This document shows, in pieces, positions 36,407 to 36,549 of a DNA stretch of 36,549 bases. Position 1 is the first letter of the stretch, and each line of letters opens with the position of its first letter. This DNA is from an uncultured Aquificales bacterium (GTDB lineage: Bacteria; Aquificota; Aquificia; Aquificales; Hydrogenothermaceae), in the NCBI GenBank assembly GCA_964439255.1, contig CAYTOE010000001.1, forward strand, positions 1-36,549, read 5' to 3'. The notes under the pieces are model-generated. The model had not been told where the DNA came from. It saw only the letters and a list, made by a program, of their open reading frames with translations, and made no database searches. The translations under genes were made by a program, and so were the position numbers.

Positions 36407-36426
36407 CCCCTAACTTTAGTTAGGGG
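36407..36426. repeat. Perfect 8-bp/4-nt-loop hairpin resembling an IS200/IS605 subterminal palindrome
   Basis: CCCCTAAC (36407-36414), TTTA, GTTAGGGG (36419-36426). On the minus strand it is followed by AGGATGTCAC. From memory, the IS608 right end is CCCCTAGCTTTTAGCTATGGGG AGTATGTCAA. Confidence 0.5.
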
Positions 36427-36549
36427 CTTCCTGCTTCACAGAGGTATAGCTTACACGGATATAAGGATTATTTCCAAATATCCGTGCAGTGGCTTGCTCC
36501 TCTTTGAGTCGCCACTTTGCTTCGCAAATGTCCCTCTCCACAGGCGTTA
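36416..36549 (-). CDS. Possible C-terminus of an IS605 OrfB/TnpB-like protein (partial, upstream part outside the window)
   Basis: A minus-strand frame is open from the edge to TAA (36418-36416). It reads TPVERDICEAKWRLKEEQATARIFGNNPYIRVSYTSVKQEAPN*. I associate a ...KQEAP tail with TnpB C-termini. Three of its four Arg codons are CGN, whereas the window's other genes use AGA/AGG. 43 open codons alone are not statistically compelling. Confidence 0.3.
   Translation of the reverse strand, partial: TPVERDICEAKWRLKEEQATARIFGNNPYIRVSYTSVKQEAPN

Larger units (their letters stand above)
36397..36549 (-). mobile_element. Probable right end of an IS200/IS605-family element (tnpB-type) truncated by the window edge
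   Basis: G+C rises abruptly from 48/150 in the preceding CDS tail to 71/149 (hand count). The segment has an IS608-like hairpin plus a TCAC end. A minus-strand ORF tail uses atypical CGN Arg codons and ends in KQEAP. Nested stems fill the region. The exact boundary, somewhere in 36397-36406, is uncertain. Confidence 0.4.
36401..36549 (-). ncRNA. Candidate structured RNA (TnpB omega/reRNA-like scaffold), partial
   Basis: Stems at 36454-36462/36478-36486 (9 bp, plus an inner 3 bp), 36489-36493/36511-36515 and 36516-36520/36524-36528. All are enclosed by AGAGG (36440-36444)/CCTCT (36533-36537). The terminal hairpin is 36407-36426. The strand is assigned only from the IS-end interpretation. Confidence 0.3.

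Noticed and set aside
36401-36549. RNase P RNA on the minus strand. TAACGCCTG resembles the P8 loop GGUAACGCC. AAAGTGGCGACTCAAAGAGGAGCAAGCCAC resembles the AAAGUGCCACAGAGAAGAGACCGCC stretch of type A S-domains, and a P12-like hairpin and GUAAG follow. I also considered 5S, tmRNA and SRP RNA.
   Set aside because: A real RNase P RNA needs >100 nt more 3' sequence, including the universal ACAGAAnCCGGCUUA. That sequence would fall in the AT-rich coding tail at 36250-36400 and is not there. There is no CCA/T-arm (tmRNA), no GGAA-AGCA helix-8 motif (SRP) and no 5S loop motifs. cmsearch with RF00010 should still be run.

Overview
This is an AT-rich, very gene-dense bacterial chromosomal window. The K/E/I-rich proteins, the fused NuoCD and the many overlapping gene junctions suggest an AT-rich thermophile, possibly Aquificota-like; that is inference only.

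I support about 42 protein genes, almost all core housekeeping:
- Minus strand, 1-4857: purM (5' end only), an orphan SPPY DNA methyltransferase, pgpA, a lipoprotein, rimI-like GNAT, a pentahaem c-type cytochrome, ribBA and a small membrane protein.
- Plus strand: an rlmI-like methyltransferase.
- Minus strand, 6197-12140: mraY, a SPOUT methyltransferase, a secreted protein, secG and tpiA, then an isolated nuoCD-nuoI pair with its own terminator.
- Plus strand, 12272-15490: a TonB-like gene translationally coupled to two paralogous FtsX/MacB/LolCE-type permeases, with no ATPase.
- Minus strand, 15479-31753, unbroken: GGDEF/EAL, mobA, a TolC-like OMP, fur, flavin reductase, tatC, a tatB-like gene, bamA, an ArnT-like GT, TPR, rodA, mrdA, mreD, mreC and mreB.
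- Plus strand, 31840-36400: dapA, a Gfo/Idh/MocA oxidoreductase plus DegT aminotransferase pair, ribH, nusB and a metallophosphoesterase.

I saw no rRNA, tRNA or CRISPR array. The only clearly non-core signal is the last ~150 nt (36397-36549). This is a sudden GC-rich, multi-hairpin segment that starts at the metallophosphoesterase stop codon. I interpret it as the right end of an IS200/IS605-family element: a subterminal hairpin, a TnpB C-terminus and an overlapping omega/reRNA-like scaffold, on the minus strand. The body of the element would lie beyond the window edge. Everything here is hand analysis; no database search was possible.
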